Positions 7,999-15,884 of a DNA stretch of 42,765 nt are shown in pieces; positions within the stretch are counted from its first letter, which is position 1, and each line of letters starts with the position of its first letter. The notes below the pieces were generated by a model. That model ran no database searches, had not been told where the DNA came from, and worked only from the letters and a program-made list of their open reading frames with translations. This DNA comes from a virus, in the IMG/VR virus record IMGVR_UViG_3300045988_159064, positions 1-42,765 of that record; one strand, written 5' to 3'. Both the position numbers and the translations under genes were made by a program.

Positions 7999-8596
7999 AG
8001 ACATTTCGGAGAAAATGCCGGAGGAAATCAAGCAGGCGGATTGCGTATACAGCAAGCCGCCGTGTAATTTCAACATGCTGGCAGGGTATTATTCCAGAGC
8101 CGGACAGGCAATGCCGGCAGCATATACCACATATGGAGAATTTATAAAAGCATACTTTGAGAGTATAGATTTTATAGAGCCGCAGTTACTATATATAGAG
8201 GTAACAGCGAGTAATAAGGAAATTATTGAACAGGAATGTAAAAAACGCTTTCCGTTCGTAGATACGGACGCCGCATATTTTAACAGAAACAGAAAATTCA
8301 AGTGCTGGATTATCCGATGCGGAACGGAGGAACCAGCGCCGGGTAGCTCGGATATAATTGAGGTCAACACATATATAAGGAGGCTTTGTAAAGATGTTGA
8401 TTTTAGATGTATGGCAGACCCGATGCTGCACATGGATGCGGCAGGGTTTTATTGTAACAAATACGAAAAGAAATTTTACGGTATTGGAGTTGACCGGCAT
8501 GTGACGGAGAAATTGACGACGCGCATAGAACAGTATGAGGAGAAGCAGGCGAAAAAGGAAAGAAAAAGATTGACAAAGCACAATAAGCAGCCGTAA
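7964..8596 (+). CDS. Methyltransferase-like protein with a degenerate catalytic tetrad (SKPPC in place of DPPY/DPPW)
   Basis: GGAGG 8 nt upstream of the ATG at 7964. Motif ADCVYSKPPCNF, and a DPxxxxxAAG...FYGIGVD stretch resembling an AdoMet-binding motif. The functional call is tentative. Confidence 0.5.
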   Translation: MTKTGMAIIANRDISEKMPEEIKQADCVYSKPPCNFNMLAGYYSRAGQAMPAAYTTYGEFIKAYFESIDFIEPQLLYIEVTASNKEIIEQECKKRFPFVDTDAAYFNRNRKFKCWIIRCGTEEPAPGSSDIIEVNTYIRRLCKDVDFRCMADPMLHMDAAGFYCNKYEKKFYGIGVDRHVTEKLTTRIEQYEEKQAKKERKRLTKHNKQP

Positions 8597-8607
8597 GGCT
8601 GCTTATT
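8582..8607. terminator. Bidirectional hairpin between convergent genes
   Basis: Perfect palindrome AATAAGCAGCC-GTAA-GGCTGCTTATT, which includes the TAA of the 7964 gene. Confidence 0.7.
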
Positions 8608-8611
8608 ATTT

Positions 8612-9253
8612 CTAAATACGTTTTAAAGAGTTTCTTTTTGCAATACCATCTTCATCTTCCTGCTTTTGTCTAACAGCCTCATCACCTAAAAAAAGACGGG
8701 CCTGATATAAAGACCGGGAAGCATCATGGCCTCCAGGACTCAGAGAGATTCCATATTCTCCCCGTGTTATAGAGAGGGTAGGGTCATAGCCTCCGAATTC
8801 CTTATAATAAGTCTTCAAATACCCACGGAGTTCAAACTCAAGAGCTCGGAGGAGCTCCATAGCCTGAGGTGTATTAATACTTGCATATCCATGTTCATTC
8901 AGGTTATAGAACCTGTCTCCGTGTTTGGTATGAAACAGAAATTTTGAAACAACGTTAATTCTAGGAGCAAAACCCAAAGAAATAAAATCGACAAAAATAT
9001 ATAGACAATCGTCAGAAGCAAATCGGCGTAAGTCATCAATAAGCTTTTGTCGGTTTCGCGCTTCAGCTCTTTCTTGCCGGCTACCAGATTCGGACAATTT
9101 CATTAAAAAGGCAGCATACACGAACGGCAAGAAGAGAAATGCTATCGCAAGAACAAATTCTGTCGCAGATTGAGCCGAGCCCAAATTAGTAACTACTGCA
9201 AACCAGAAAAATGCAATAATAACTGGTATAACTATATACAAAAGAACAAACAT
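8612..9253 (-). CDS. Membrane-anchored protein (two N-terminal TM helices plus a soluble domain of about 150 aa); moron candidate
   Basis: 213-aa ORF on the minority strand with GGAGG 7 nt upstream. Hydrophobic N-terminus MFVLLYIVIPVIIAFFWFAVV...LAIAFLFLPFVYAAFLM. Confidence 0.75.
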   Translation of the reverse strand: MFVLLYIVIPVIIAFFWFAVVTNLGSAQSATEFVLAIAFLFLPFVYAAFLMKLSESGSRQERAEARNRQKLIDDLRRFASDDCLYIFVDFISLGFAPRINVVSKFLFHTKHGDRFYNLNEHGYASINTPQAMELLRALEFELRGYLKTYYKEFGGYDPTLSITRGEYGISLSPGGHDASRSLYQARLFLGDEAVRQKQEDEDGIAKRNSLKRI

Positions 9254-9284
9254 ACAAAACCCTCCTTTTTTCTTTCTTACTATA

Positions 9285-9313
9285 ATTGTACGGTGAAAAT
9301 ATTTTTTTGGAAA
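9285..9313 (-). promoter_or_regulatory. Host-type sigma-A promoter for the minus-strand membrane gene (TTTCCA-17-TACAAT)
   Basis: Read on the minus strand: -35 complements 9308-9313, -10 complements 9285-9290, with a 17-nt spacer. Confidence 0.55.
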
Positions 9314-9341
9314 GAGCGATTTTCATAAAACACAAAAAAAA

Positions 9342-9376
9342 TTTCCAAAAAAAATTTTATTCGGCATATTAAATAC
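9342..9376 (+). promoter_or_regulatory. Phage-type promoter element P7 (TTTCCA-17-CATATTAAAT)
   Basis: Motif family member. Divergent from the minus-strand promoter; precedes the 9392 gene. Confidence 0.6.
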
Positions 9377-9391
9377 AAGGAGGAGATGCTT

Positions 9392-10123
9392 ATGACAGAA
9401 GAAAAGAAGAAAAGAAATAAGGAGGAAAAGAAGATAAAAAATAAAAATGATTTTTTACAATATTTTGAGAACGAACGTCATAGAACGCCAATGCACCTGG
9501 AGATATATTATAGTAGCGTTATGGATTGGTGCATAAAAATTTACAAAAAACGAATGGATAATACGTTTTCAGACATTAAAATCTACGATGAAGAGGTTGT
9601 TATTTGCGACATAGAAAATGCCGATTTAGCCGGGGGCATGGCAGAGGCAAGAGAGCAATTAGAAAAATGGCTTTTTGAGCAGAGAGCCATAGAGGAGTCA
9701 AGAGTGCAAAAATACAAGCTCCTTAGCCGAGAGTATGTAATCGGTAATAATATCGCATACGAGGATAGATTTCCAATGCAATATGAAAATGACCCCGAAG
9801 AGGGCAGGGCTGAAATGTTCATTCAGAGCATAGAACCCCAAAAAACAATTTATAGAGTACATATGGGTAACATCATAAATAATATCAAAATCAACCTTGA
9901 AGAGGAGCCGGTAAATGGAGGTCCAGACGTTTGCTACGGAGCCAATGTCATTATTGACACAGGAAGAGAGTCGTTTTCTATCGGGCGTATCGCTAATAAA
10001 TACACATTGGGAGCCGCATATGATAAGGCGGAAAAAATACAGTATGAGCTAATTAGAACCATTACAACAGAAGTAATGAAACAGATAAGGGAGCGTTGTA
10101 ATAAGGAGAAAAAGAAATGCTGA
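9392..10123 (+). CDS. Hypothetical protein, domain A plus a C-terminal extension
   Basis: The second ATG (9392) has GGAGG 8 nt upstream. The N-terminal region is paralogous to 3297-3551. Confidence 0.75.
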   Translation: MTEEKKKRNKEEKKIKNKNDFLQYFENERHRTPMHLEIYYSSVMDWCIKIYKKRMDNTFSDIKIYDEEVVICDIENADLAGGMAEAREQLEKWLFEQRAIEESRVQKYKLLSREYVIGNNIAYEDRFPMQYENDPEEGRAEMFIQSIEPQKTIYRVHMGNIINNIKINLEEEPVNGGPDVCYGANVIIDTGRESFSIGRIANKYTLGAAYDKAEKIQYELIRTITTEVMKQIRERCNKEKKKC

Positions 10124-10653
10124 TAAAATTACAAGAAAAAAAAGGATACCTCAATATAAAACCAAACGACATTAAGAGGATGATTATTACAAAAGACAGG
10201 GCCTTCGGGCTAGAGTTTGAGAGGATTCTAATATATACAGATTCAAGCACTGAATATGTGGCCAGATATCAAAACAAGCAGGATGCCGAGTCCGAGTTAG
10301 AGAGGTTCAAGAACGCGTTGGCAGCCGGCGATGAAGAGTTTGAGTTCACGACCGATGAAGAGTTAGTCAAAAAAATTGATGAGGCTCATGAGCAGTTTAT
10401 AAAATGGAAAAAACAAGAATATGAACAAAAGCATCAGGAACTGTATGAGCAGGTAAAGGAACAGGTTGAGGCCGATAACGCACTAACGAAATTTTTCTGC
10501 TATATAGGCGCTCTGCTTATATTTTGTCTGACTACATATGTCGGCTCCAGATGCATAGAATCACCGCAGCTGCTGGTATCAGCCGGTATCATTGCAGGCG
10601 CGATTGGCGGGGCGTTGATTTCACATGCGATGAGATGCGGAAAAGAGGACTAA
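10117..10653 (+). CDS. Hypothetical protein with a C-terminal double-TM region (domain B-like N-terminus)
   Basis: AAGGAG RBS. C-terminus FFCYIGALLIFCLTTYVG...LLVSAGIIAGAIGGALI. Confidence 0.7.
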   Translation: MLIKLQEKKGYLNIKPNDIKRMIITKDRAFGLEFERILIYTDSSTEYVARYQNKQDAESELERFKNALAAGDEEFEFTTDEELVKKIDEAHEQFIKWKKQEYEQKHQELYEQVKEQVEADNALTKFFCYIGALLIFCLTTYVGSRCIESPQLLVSAGIIAGAIGGALISHAMRCGKED

Positions 10654-10660
10654 CAAAAAA

Positions 10661-10702
10661 TTTTCAAAAAAATTTTTATTTGTCATATTATATATGTAAG
10701 TA
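10661..10702 (+). promoter_or_regulatory. Phage-type promoter element P8 (TTTTCA-17-CATATTATATATGTAAG)
   Basis: Motif family member. Followed by two GC hairpins in the leader (10710-10726 and 10750-10771). Confidence 0.6.
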
Positions 10703-10805
10703 TAGAAGAGCCCCGAGCCGAGGGGCGATTATAACTCATAGTACCTCAGCCCCGGGTGTAGCAACCCGGGGTAATATAAGAAAGAAAAAATACAGGAGGA
10801 AAGAT

Positions 10806-11174
10806 ATGTATTTATTAATAGAAGACAAAAACAAACGAATCACCGCATTTGGATTAGACCGTATTAAAAGAGTTATAGCATTCAAGCAAGATGAAAAGAC
10901 AGATAAATTTGAAATCATGCTCGAGGCAGACAGTGGCGAATGCATATTTCTAAAAAAACTCTATAGTGATTGGGCAGAGGCGAAAGAAGATATGCTTATG
11001 CTGATTCTGGGCGTAGAGGAACTAAACGCTCCAAGAACTGATATAAAAGAGGCATTCCAAATACCGCAGTTCGCCACTCCAGAAAAGGTAATAGAATATG
11101 CTAGAACGCGGTTAGGCAAACAGAGAAAAACGAAAGAGGAAAAGGAAAATGCAGAACATAGGATGCGAATTTAG
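10806..11174 (+). CDS. Hypothetical protein (122 aa), domain B-like
   Basis: AGGAGG RBS before the ATG at 10806. The track start at 10524 runs through the promoter and leader and was rejected. Confidence 0.7.
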   Translation: MYLLIEDKNKRITAFGLDRIKRVIAFKQDEKTDKFEIMLEADSGECIFLKKLYSDWAEAKEDMLMLILGVEELNAPRTDIKEAFQIPQFATPEKVIEYARTRLGKQRKTKEEKENAEHRMRI

Positions 11175-11862
11175 CGGAGTGTATGAATACAGCAAGATAA
11201 CCAGTAATGACGGAGAGCAATTCTACACTGGGCGTTTACGCAGAGACAACGGGAAATCAGAATCGTGGAGTAAGGATTGGACGCCATTTATTCCAGCAAG
11301 GGAAAATATTACTATTGAAAAGCTCAGATTAAAAAATGATATGCGAGATTATACATTTGCAAGTATTAAGGAAGAATGTGAAAAGTTCGGCATAGATGAG
11401 TTAGTTGTTGAAATACACTTCAATGTATCGGATTACGATGCGATATGCACAGGGGCAAATGTAAATATTTTATCATATAAAATGAGTGATGAAACTACTA
11501 CACTGACCTCAGGTGGGTTGTATAAAATCAAAGCCAATATTGAGGCAAAAACGGCAGCCTGGTATGGTGAAGACGGAAGACTGACGGCCTTCCTTAAAGA
11601 CTGGAGAAATTACGGGATGAGAAAAAGAATTATTAACATATGCGATTGGGAAACCGACCCGAAATTTATAAGGGCAGAGCCGAAGGATTTTTCAAATATG
11701 TCAGACGATGAAATTATTAGCTTCCACAGAATCCACGAGTCAACCGTCTCAGGAGCAGACATTGCGATTTCGGCTTATAAATTCGGCGGGGCAAGGCATG
11801 CTAACCGAATCATGGATATATTCTATCAGATGAGCAAATATCCCGTATACATTGATTGTTGA
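11149..11862 (+). CDS. Hypothetical protein (237 aa)
   Basis: Long ORF with coding-like composition. No motif recognised. Confidence 0.7.
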   Translation: MQNIGCEFSGVYEYSKITSNDGEQFYTGRLRRDNGKSESWSKDWTPFIPARENITIEKLRLKNDMRDYTFASIKEECEKFGIDELVVEIHFNVSDYDAICTGANVNILSYKMSDETTTLTSGGLYKIKANIEAKTAAWYGEDGRLTAFLKDWRNYGMRKRIINICDWETDPKFIRAEPKDFSNMSDDEIISFHRIHESTVSGADIAISAYKFGGARHANRIMDIFYQMSKYPVYIDC

Positions 11863-11863
11863 T

Positions 11864-12199
11864 ATGGCAGCAGAGAAGAGCTTTGAGAACAAAATAAAGG
11901 CCGAGCTACACACTAAAGGCGCTTGGCGAGTTAAATTCTTCGCGAACGCATACACCCCGTCAGGCATACCCGATGTGTTAGCCTGTTACAACGGGCGCTT
12001 TTTAGGCATAGAGGTCAAGGGAGGCACATCATACGGCCTGACCGAGCTGCAAAAATACAACTTGAGATGCATACGAGATGCCGGCGGTATAGGCATATGT
12101 GTATACCCGAGCGGCTGGGAACAATTCCTGCAGCTGCTGGACGACATACAGGCCGGGAGGGCAATAGATATTAACGATGATAATTACATTATGAAGTGA
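11864..12199 (+). CDS. VRR-NUC / PD-(D/E)xK family nuclease
   Basis: Motif GIPDVL...GIEVKGG...LTELQ. The ATG at 11864 abuts the upstream stop. Confidence 0.75.
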   Translation: MAAEKSFENKIKAELHTKGAWRVKFFANAYTPSGIPDVLACYNGRFLGIEVKGGTSYGLTELQKYNLRCIRDAGGIGICVYPSGWEQFLQLLDDIQAGRAIDINDDNYIMK

Positions 12200-12224
12200 C
12201 GCAGACACAAAGAGGGCTTGATAT

Positions 12225-12677
12225 ATGTACAACACAGAGCGCGAGCTGACAGAGGCAATACAAAAAGAATACGAAAAAAAAGGCATAAAAAAGCCTGAGC
12301 GGGACGAGCTGACGCCGGTAATCATCAGGGAGTATCTGAAAGCACTGATACTGAATTGTATGCAGATGTATATGGATACTAGGAATGCGGATTATGCGTG
12401 CACATTAAAGATATTACTTCGGCTGTTCTATGTGTCAGGATTTGACGGCAAGGCGAGACGGAGCCAAAGTATGGAGGCCGAGCTGATTATGGATATAGTG
12501 ATGCCGGAGTTATACGAGGAGAAACCACCTGCCGAGATTGCCGAGATGGCAGTAAGACTACTGCCAGAGATACGTGAAGAGCGCCGACGCGAGCTGCGAC
12601 AGCAGCGAGCGGAGGATGAACGCCGGCGAGGGCGTGAGAGATATTGGAGGAAGAAAAAAGCTAAGGAGAGCGAATAG
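12225..12677 (+). CDS. Hypothetical protein with an Arg/Glu-rich C-terminal tail
   Basis: 150-aa ORF with a GAGGG RBS. Confidence 0.7.
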   Translation: MYNTERELTEAIQKEYEKKGIKKPERDELTPVIIREYLKALILNCMQMYMDTRNADYACTLKILLRLFYVSGFDGKARRSQSMEAELIMDIVMPELYEEKPPAEIAEMAVRLLPEIREERRRELRQQRAEDERRRGRERYWRKKKAKESE

Positions 12678-12687
12678 CTCTTCTTTT

Positions 12688-12716
12688 AAGGAGGGTGAAT
12701 AACCCTTCTTTTTTTT
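12688..12716 (+). terminator. Rho-independent terminator
   Basis: Stem AAGGAGGG/CCCTTCTT (one G.U pair), a 7-nt loop, then a T-run. Confidence 0.7.
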
Positions 12717-12794
12717 ATGTAAACAAGAAATCTTCATTCTATAAGCAGCCGTGGAAAACATCACGGTGAATACAACAAAAGTGAGGAATGAAGA

Positions 12795-13715
12795 TTGAGC
12801 AATGCAAATCTAAACGCCGCGAAGAAGGCGAAAAACGATGAATTTTATACAATGTATGAGGACATAGAGGCAGAACTGCAACACTACCCCGGAGCATTTC
12901 AGGGCAAGGTGGTTTATTGTAATTGTGATAATCCGGAATGGAGCAATTTTTGGAGATATTTTCACGAGCATTTTGAGGAGTTGGGGCTGAAGAGATTAGT
13001 TTCAACTCACTACGAGAAAGACGTAGAGAGGAACGGCACCCCGTATAAGATGGAGTATGAAGGCGGAGACGATGCGAATATTGCAGCAGGCGTAAAAACG
13101 CCGCTGGAGGGCGATGGAGATTTTGCGAGTGAGGAATGCCTTGCAGTTTTAGAGGGAGCCGACATTGTGGTGACGAATCCACCGTTTTCCAAATTTCGAC
13201 GGTTCGTACAGACACTTTTTGATAATGAGAAGAGGTTCATAATAATAGGAAGTAGACAAGCTTCAACCTTAAAGAACGTTTTTCAACATATAAAAAAAGA
13301 ACAAGTAAGTCCCGGCTATACACACCCGAAAGCATTTTTGACGATTGATAAAAAAAGCCAGAAGGTTAGCACGGGATGGTGGGCTTGGATAGACGATTCA
13401 GGGCAAGGACATGTATTGCCGCGAAACCCTTTAAAATTATCAGAAAGATACAGCCCTGATAAATATAAAAGATATGATAACGTTGATGCGATTAATGTAG
13501 ACAGAGTAAAAGATATTCCGATTGACTACACAGGCATTATGGGAGTGCCATGTTCATTTATTGAGAATTATGACCCGAAACAATTTGAGCTGATAGGACA
13601 CACGCATGATATGAATGGAGACGGAGGGCAAGGCGTCCCCGGAGGTGGGTTGTATATCAACAGTAAGAAAATATACACGAGGATATTTATAAGAAGCCGT
13701 CACCCCAAGCCGTGA
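12795..13715 (+). CDS. N6-adenine DNA methyltransferase, EcoRI-methylase-like family
   Basis: TTG start with a GTGAGG RBS. N-terminal AKKAKNDEFYT...GKVVYCNCD and catalytic VVTNPPFS (NPPF). Confidence 0.85.
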   Translation: MSNANLNAAKKAKNDEFYTMYEDIEAELQHYPGAFQGKVVYCNCDNPEWSNFWRYFHEHFEELGLKRLVSTHYEKDVERNGTPYKMEYEGGDDANIAAGVKTPLEGDGDFASEECLAVLEGADIVVTNPPFSKFRRFVQTLFDNEKRFIIIGSRQASTLKNVFQHIKKEQVSPGYTHPKAFLTIDKKSQKVSTGWWAWIDDSGQGHVLPRNPLKLSERYSPDKYKRYDNVDAINVDRVKDIPIDYTGIMGVPCSFIENYDPKQFELIGHTHDMNGDGGQGVPGGGLYINSKKIYTRIFIRSRHPKP

Positions 13716-13763
13716 CGACTGGCGCCTCTTTATGTTATACTGTCAATATGGGAGGTGCAAAGC

Positions 13764-14381
13764 GTGAAGGAATATATGAAAAAACTAAAACAACAGCTCT
13801 TATTTGAAGGCTCTTGCGTTACCAGCAGATGCGGCCGCAGTGGCGGGGTTTATGAGTATGTTCAACGAGAATTTGCTTATAATGAATGCAAGATAGACGG
13901 TGGAGAGTTGTCACGACGCAATATAGGCAGCATGTTTGAGAGCGGTCTTATATATGTAGCCGAGGACGAGATGCTGTTTCGCGCCGAGGATATCATAAAT
14001 GCAGACAGGATTTTTGCGGCAATGCAGTATGCGGTTACAGAGTGCATGTATGATATGACAGGCGAGGATATACAGGAGATACAGAGACGGCTGGGAGCCG
14101 GGCAGAACATACCGGGCAAGATAGAAAAGCCGAAAACATTAAGAGACATTGCGGCGCGCCATATAGAGTGGATTAAAGCTGGAGGGGACAAGAAGTCTGC
14201 CCGTATAATTGCCTTTATGCAATGTCTACAGGCAGATATTGCCCCCTTTATCATACACGCCGAGAACAAAACGGAGTATGAAAGCCGACTGGATAGCCCG
14301 GAGCGGTTAGAGCAGTTTTTCAGAGTAGAACAGTGGCAATTCTACAGAGAAACCGAACCGATGGTGATTGACCAGGTATAA
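13764..14381 (+). CDS. Hypothetical protein (about 205 aa); start uncertain (GTG 13764 or ATG 13776)
   Basis: GGAGG at 13751-13755, 8 nt before the GTG. No confident motif. Confidence 0.6.
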   Translation: MKEYMKKLKQQLLFEGSCVTSRCGRSGGVYEYVQREFAYNECKIDGGELSRRNIGSMFESGLIYVAEDEMLFRAEDIINADRIFAAMQYAVTECMYDMTGEDIQEIQRRLGAGQNIPGKIEKPKTLRDIAARHIEWIKAGGDKKSARIIAFMQCLQADIAPFIIHAENKTEYESRLDSPERLEQFFRVEQWQFYRETEPMVIDQV

Positions 14382-14418
14382 GAGATATGCGGCGGGGAGC
14401 CAGGCAAGAAAGAATTTA

Positions 14419-14447
14419 CGGCGGGTTTCCCCGCCGCTTTCCTTTAT
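14419..14447 (+). terminator. Terminator-like hairpin
   Basis: 7-bp stem CGGCGGG/CCCGCCG, loop TTTC, followed by CTTTCCTTT. Confidence 0.55.
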
Positions 14448-14476
14448 ATAAGAAGTAAAATAGGGTATACCCGGGC

Positions 14477-14546
14477 GTTACATTGCTGACAACCCGAAAA
14501 GTGTAAAATGAAACCTGAAAAACCGCCAATTTTACACAATGTAAAC
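14477..14546. promoter_or_regulatory. Cluster of TGTAAA/TTTACA sites upstream of the serine recombinase (candidate res/crossover or operator region)
   Basis: GTGTAAAAT (14501-14509) and ATTTTACAC (14529-14537) form a perfect 9-bp inverted repeat 19 bp apart. They are flanked by GTTACATT (14477) and AATGTAAAC (14538). Another AATGTAAAG lies at 14675 inside the promoter spacer. Confidence 0.4.
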
Positions 14547-14668
14547 AACATCAAGAGCCTGTATTGACAGGTTATTTAAAAGCCCGTCTTAGACGGCGCT
14601 TCAAAAGCCCGCCCTGACAGGCTTTTTTTTGCGGATTTTTTAGCCAAAAAAACAGCCCCGATTACGTT

Positions 14669-14697
14669 TTGCAAAATGTAAAGCGCCCTGATATAAT
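14669..14697 (+). promoter_or_regulatory. Host-type sigma-A promoter (TTGCAA-17-TATAAT) for the serine recombinase
   Basis: -35 at 14669-14674, -10 at 14692-14697, with an exact 17-nt spacer. Confidence 0.7.
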
Positions 14698-14723
14698 ATG
14701 AACATAGAAAGGGGGCGGCAGAT

Positions 14724-15287
14724 ATGAGAGTGGCATATGTTAGAGTGTCAACGGCAGAACAGAACGAAGAGCGACAGCTGGAAGCACTGGAGCGGTTCAA
14801 CATAGAGCGCTGGTATACCGAAAAGGTCAGCGGTAAGAACGCAAACCGGCCAAAGCTGCAGGAGATGTTGGATTTTGTCAGAGAAGGCGACATTGTATAT
14901 GTTCACGATTTAAGCCGCCTTGCCCGTAGTACAAAAGACCTACTTTCTATAGTAGAACAACTGGACGCAAAGGGGGTACAGCTGGTAAGCAATAAAGAGA
15001 GCATTGATACGCAAACCGCCGCCGGAAAATTAATGCTGACTATGATTGGAGCGATTGCCGAATTTGAGAGGCAGAACCTGTTAGAGAGGCAGCGCGAGGG
15101 CATAGAGATTGCCAAGCGCGCGGGGAAATACCGCGGCGGGCATACGAAAGAGATTAATAAAGACGAATGGCAAAAAAATCTCTTCTTATATAAAACCCGT
15201 GAAATAAATAAAAGGCAGTTCGCCGAACGTCTACATATTTCCCGCCCGACGCTGGACAGGCTGCTGAAAAAGGAGGCCTCACAATGA
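14724..15287 (+). CDS. Small serine recombinase (resolvase/invertase family)
   Basis: N-terminus MRVAYVRVSTAEQNEERQ (catalytic Ser), 187 aa, C-terminal HTH QFAERLHISRPTLDRLL. Confidence 0.92.
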   Translation: MRVAYVRVSTAEQNEERQLEALERFNIERWYTEKVSGKNANRPKLQEMLDFVREGDIVYVHDLSRLARSTKDLLSIVEQLDAKGVQLVSNKESIDTQTAAGKLMLTMIGAIAEFERQNLLERQREGIEIAKRAGKYRGGHTKEINKDEWQKNLFLYKTREINKRQFAERLHISRPTLDRLLKKEASQ

Positions 15288-15526
15288 TAATCAACATTGA
15301 AAAAATAAGAGAAAAAAGACGCTTAAAAGAGCTGGCGACGGCATTAGACCTCACCCCGGAGGAAACAGCAATGATTTCCGAACGCTGCCGGGAGATGCAG
15401 GAAGAATTAAAGGAGCGAGCCGGCCGCGAGGATTACCCGTTCAACGTAGAGCTGCCGGATGGGACGATTGCGGCAGACCGTGACGAGGTTGAAGAGTGGT
15501 ACGCGAAGAACGGCGGCCGAATTTAA
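15284..15526 (+). CDS. Hypothetical protein (80 aa)
   Basis: ATGA overlap with the recombinase stop. Confidence 0.6.
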   Translation: MIINIEKIREKRRLKELATALDLTPEETAMISERCREMQEELKERAGREDYPFNVELPDGTIAADRDEVEEWYAKNGGRI

Positions 15527-15618
15527 AGGGCGCTCTGCCCGTATAAACTAACGCCCCGGACAAATTGAGGCCAGGTTTTTCTTCCTTTCCTTTCTTTGTT
15601 ACCTGGCCGCGGGGCGCT

Positions 15619-15656
15619 GGTTTATGCGGGCAAGTTTCCTGCATATTATATGTAGG
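15619..15656 (+). promoter_or_regulatory. Phage-type promoter element P9 (GGTTTA-17-CATATTATATGTAGG)
   Basis: The core is conserved. The upstream A/T block is missing. Confidence 0.45.
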
Positions 15657-15758
15657 CGGGAACAAATAAAAAATACATATTCCTTTCTTGAAACAACCCG
15701 CCTGTTGTTGTAGTTTTCTTTGACGAATTGCCCCGGTGAAAGCCGGGGTGATTTTTTT
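15655..15758 (+). ncRNA. Candidate sRNA of about 100 nt (P9 to terminator)
   Basis: No ORF. A 7-bp stem AGGCGGG/CCCGCCT closes a 36-nt A/U-rich loop. A U-rich linker follows, then the terminator CCCCGG-TGAAAG-CCGGGG plus T7 (15731-15758). Confidence 0.4.
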
Positions 15759-15767
15759 GCAAAAAGT

Positions 15768-15803
15768 GTTACACTTTCCGAATTTTTCAGCATATTATAT
15801 ATG
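15768..15803 (+). promoter_or_regulatory. Phage-type promoter element P10 (GTTACA-17-CATATTATATATGAG)
   Basis: Motif family member. The -35 region contains AAAAAGTGTTACAC, which resembles the iteron variant AAAAAGTGTACAC. Confidence 0.55.
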
Positions 15804-15873
15804 AGCCCGAACGAGGGCTGAATATAATTTCATGACGTTCTCCTGAGGCGCTCGGGCGAAGCCCGGCGCCTTT
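15803..15873 (+). ncRNA. Candidate sRNA of about 70 nt (P10 to GC hairpin)
   Basis: No ORF. Hairpin AGCCC-GAACGA-GGGCT, then an 11-bp GC stem (15846-15871) followed only by TTT and an A-run. Confidence 0.3.
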
Positions 15874-15884
15874 AAAAAAAGTGA

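Noticed and set aside
12718-12745. A possible weak host-type promoter (TGTAAA-16-TATAAG) for the NPPF methyltransferase
   Set aside because: Both hexamers match poorly and the spacer is 16 nt. Read-through from the upstream operon past the 12688-12716 terminator cannot be excluded.
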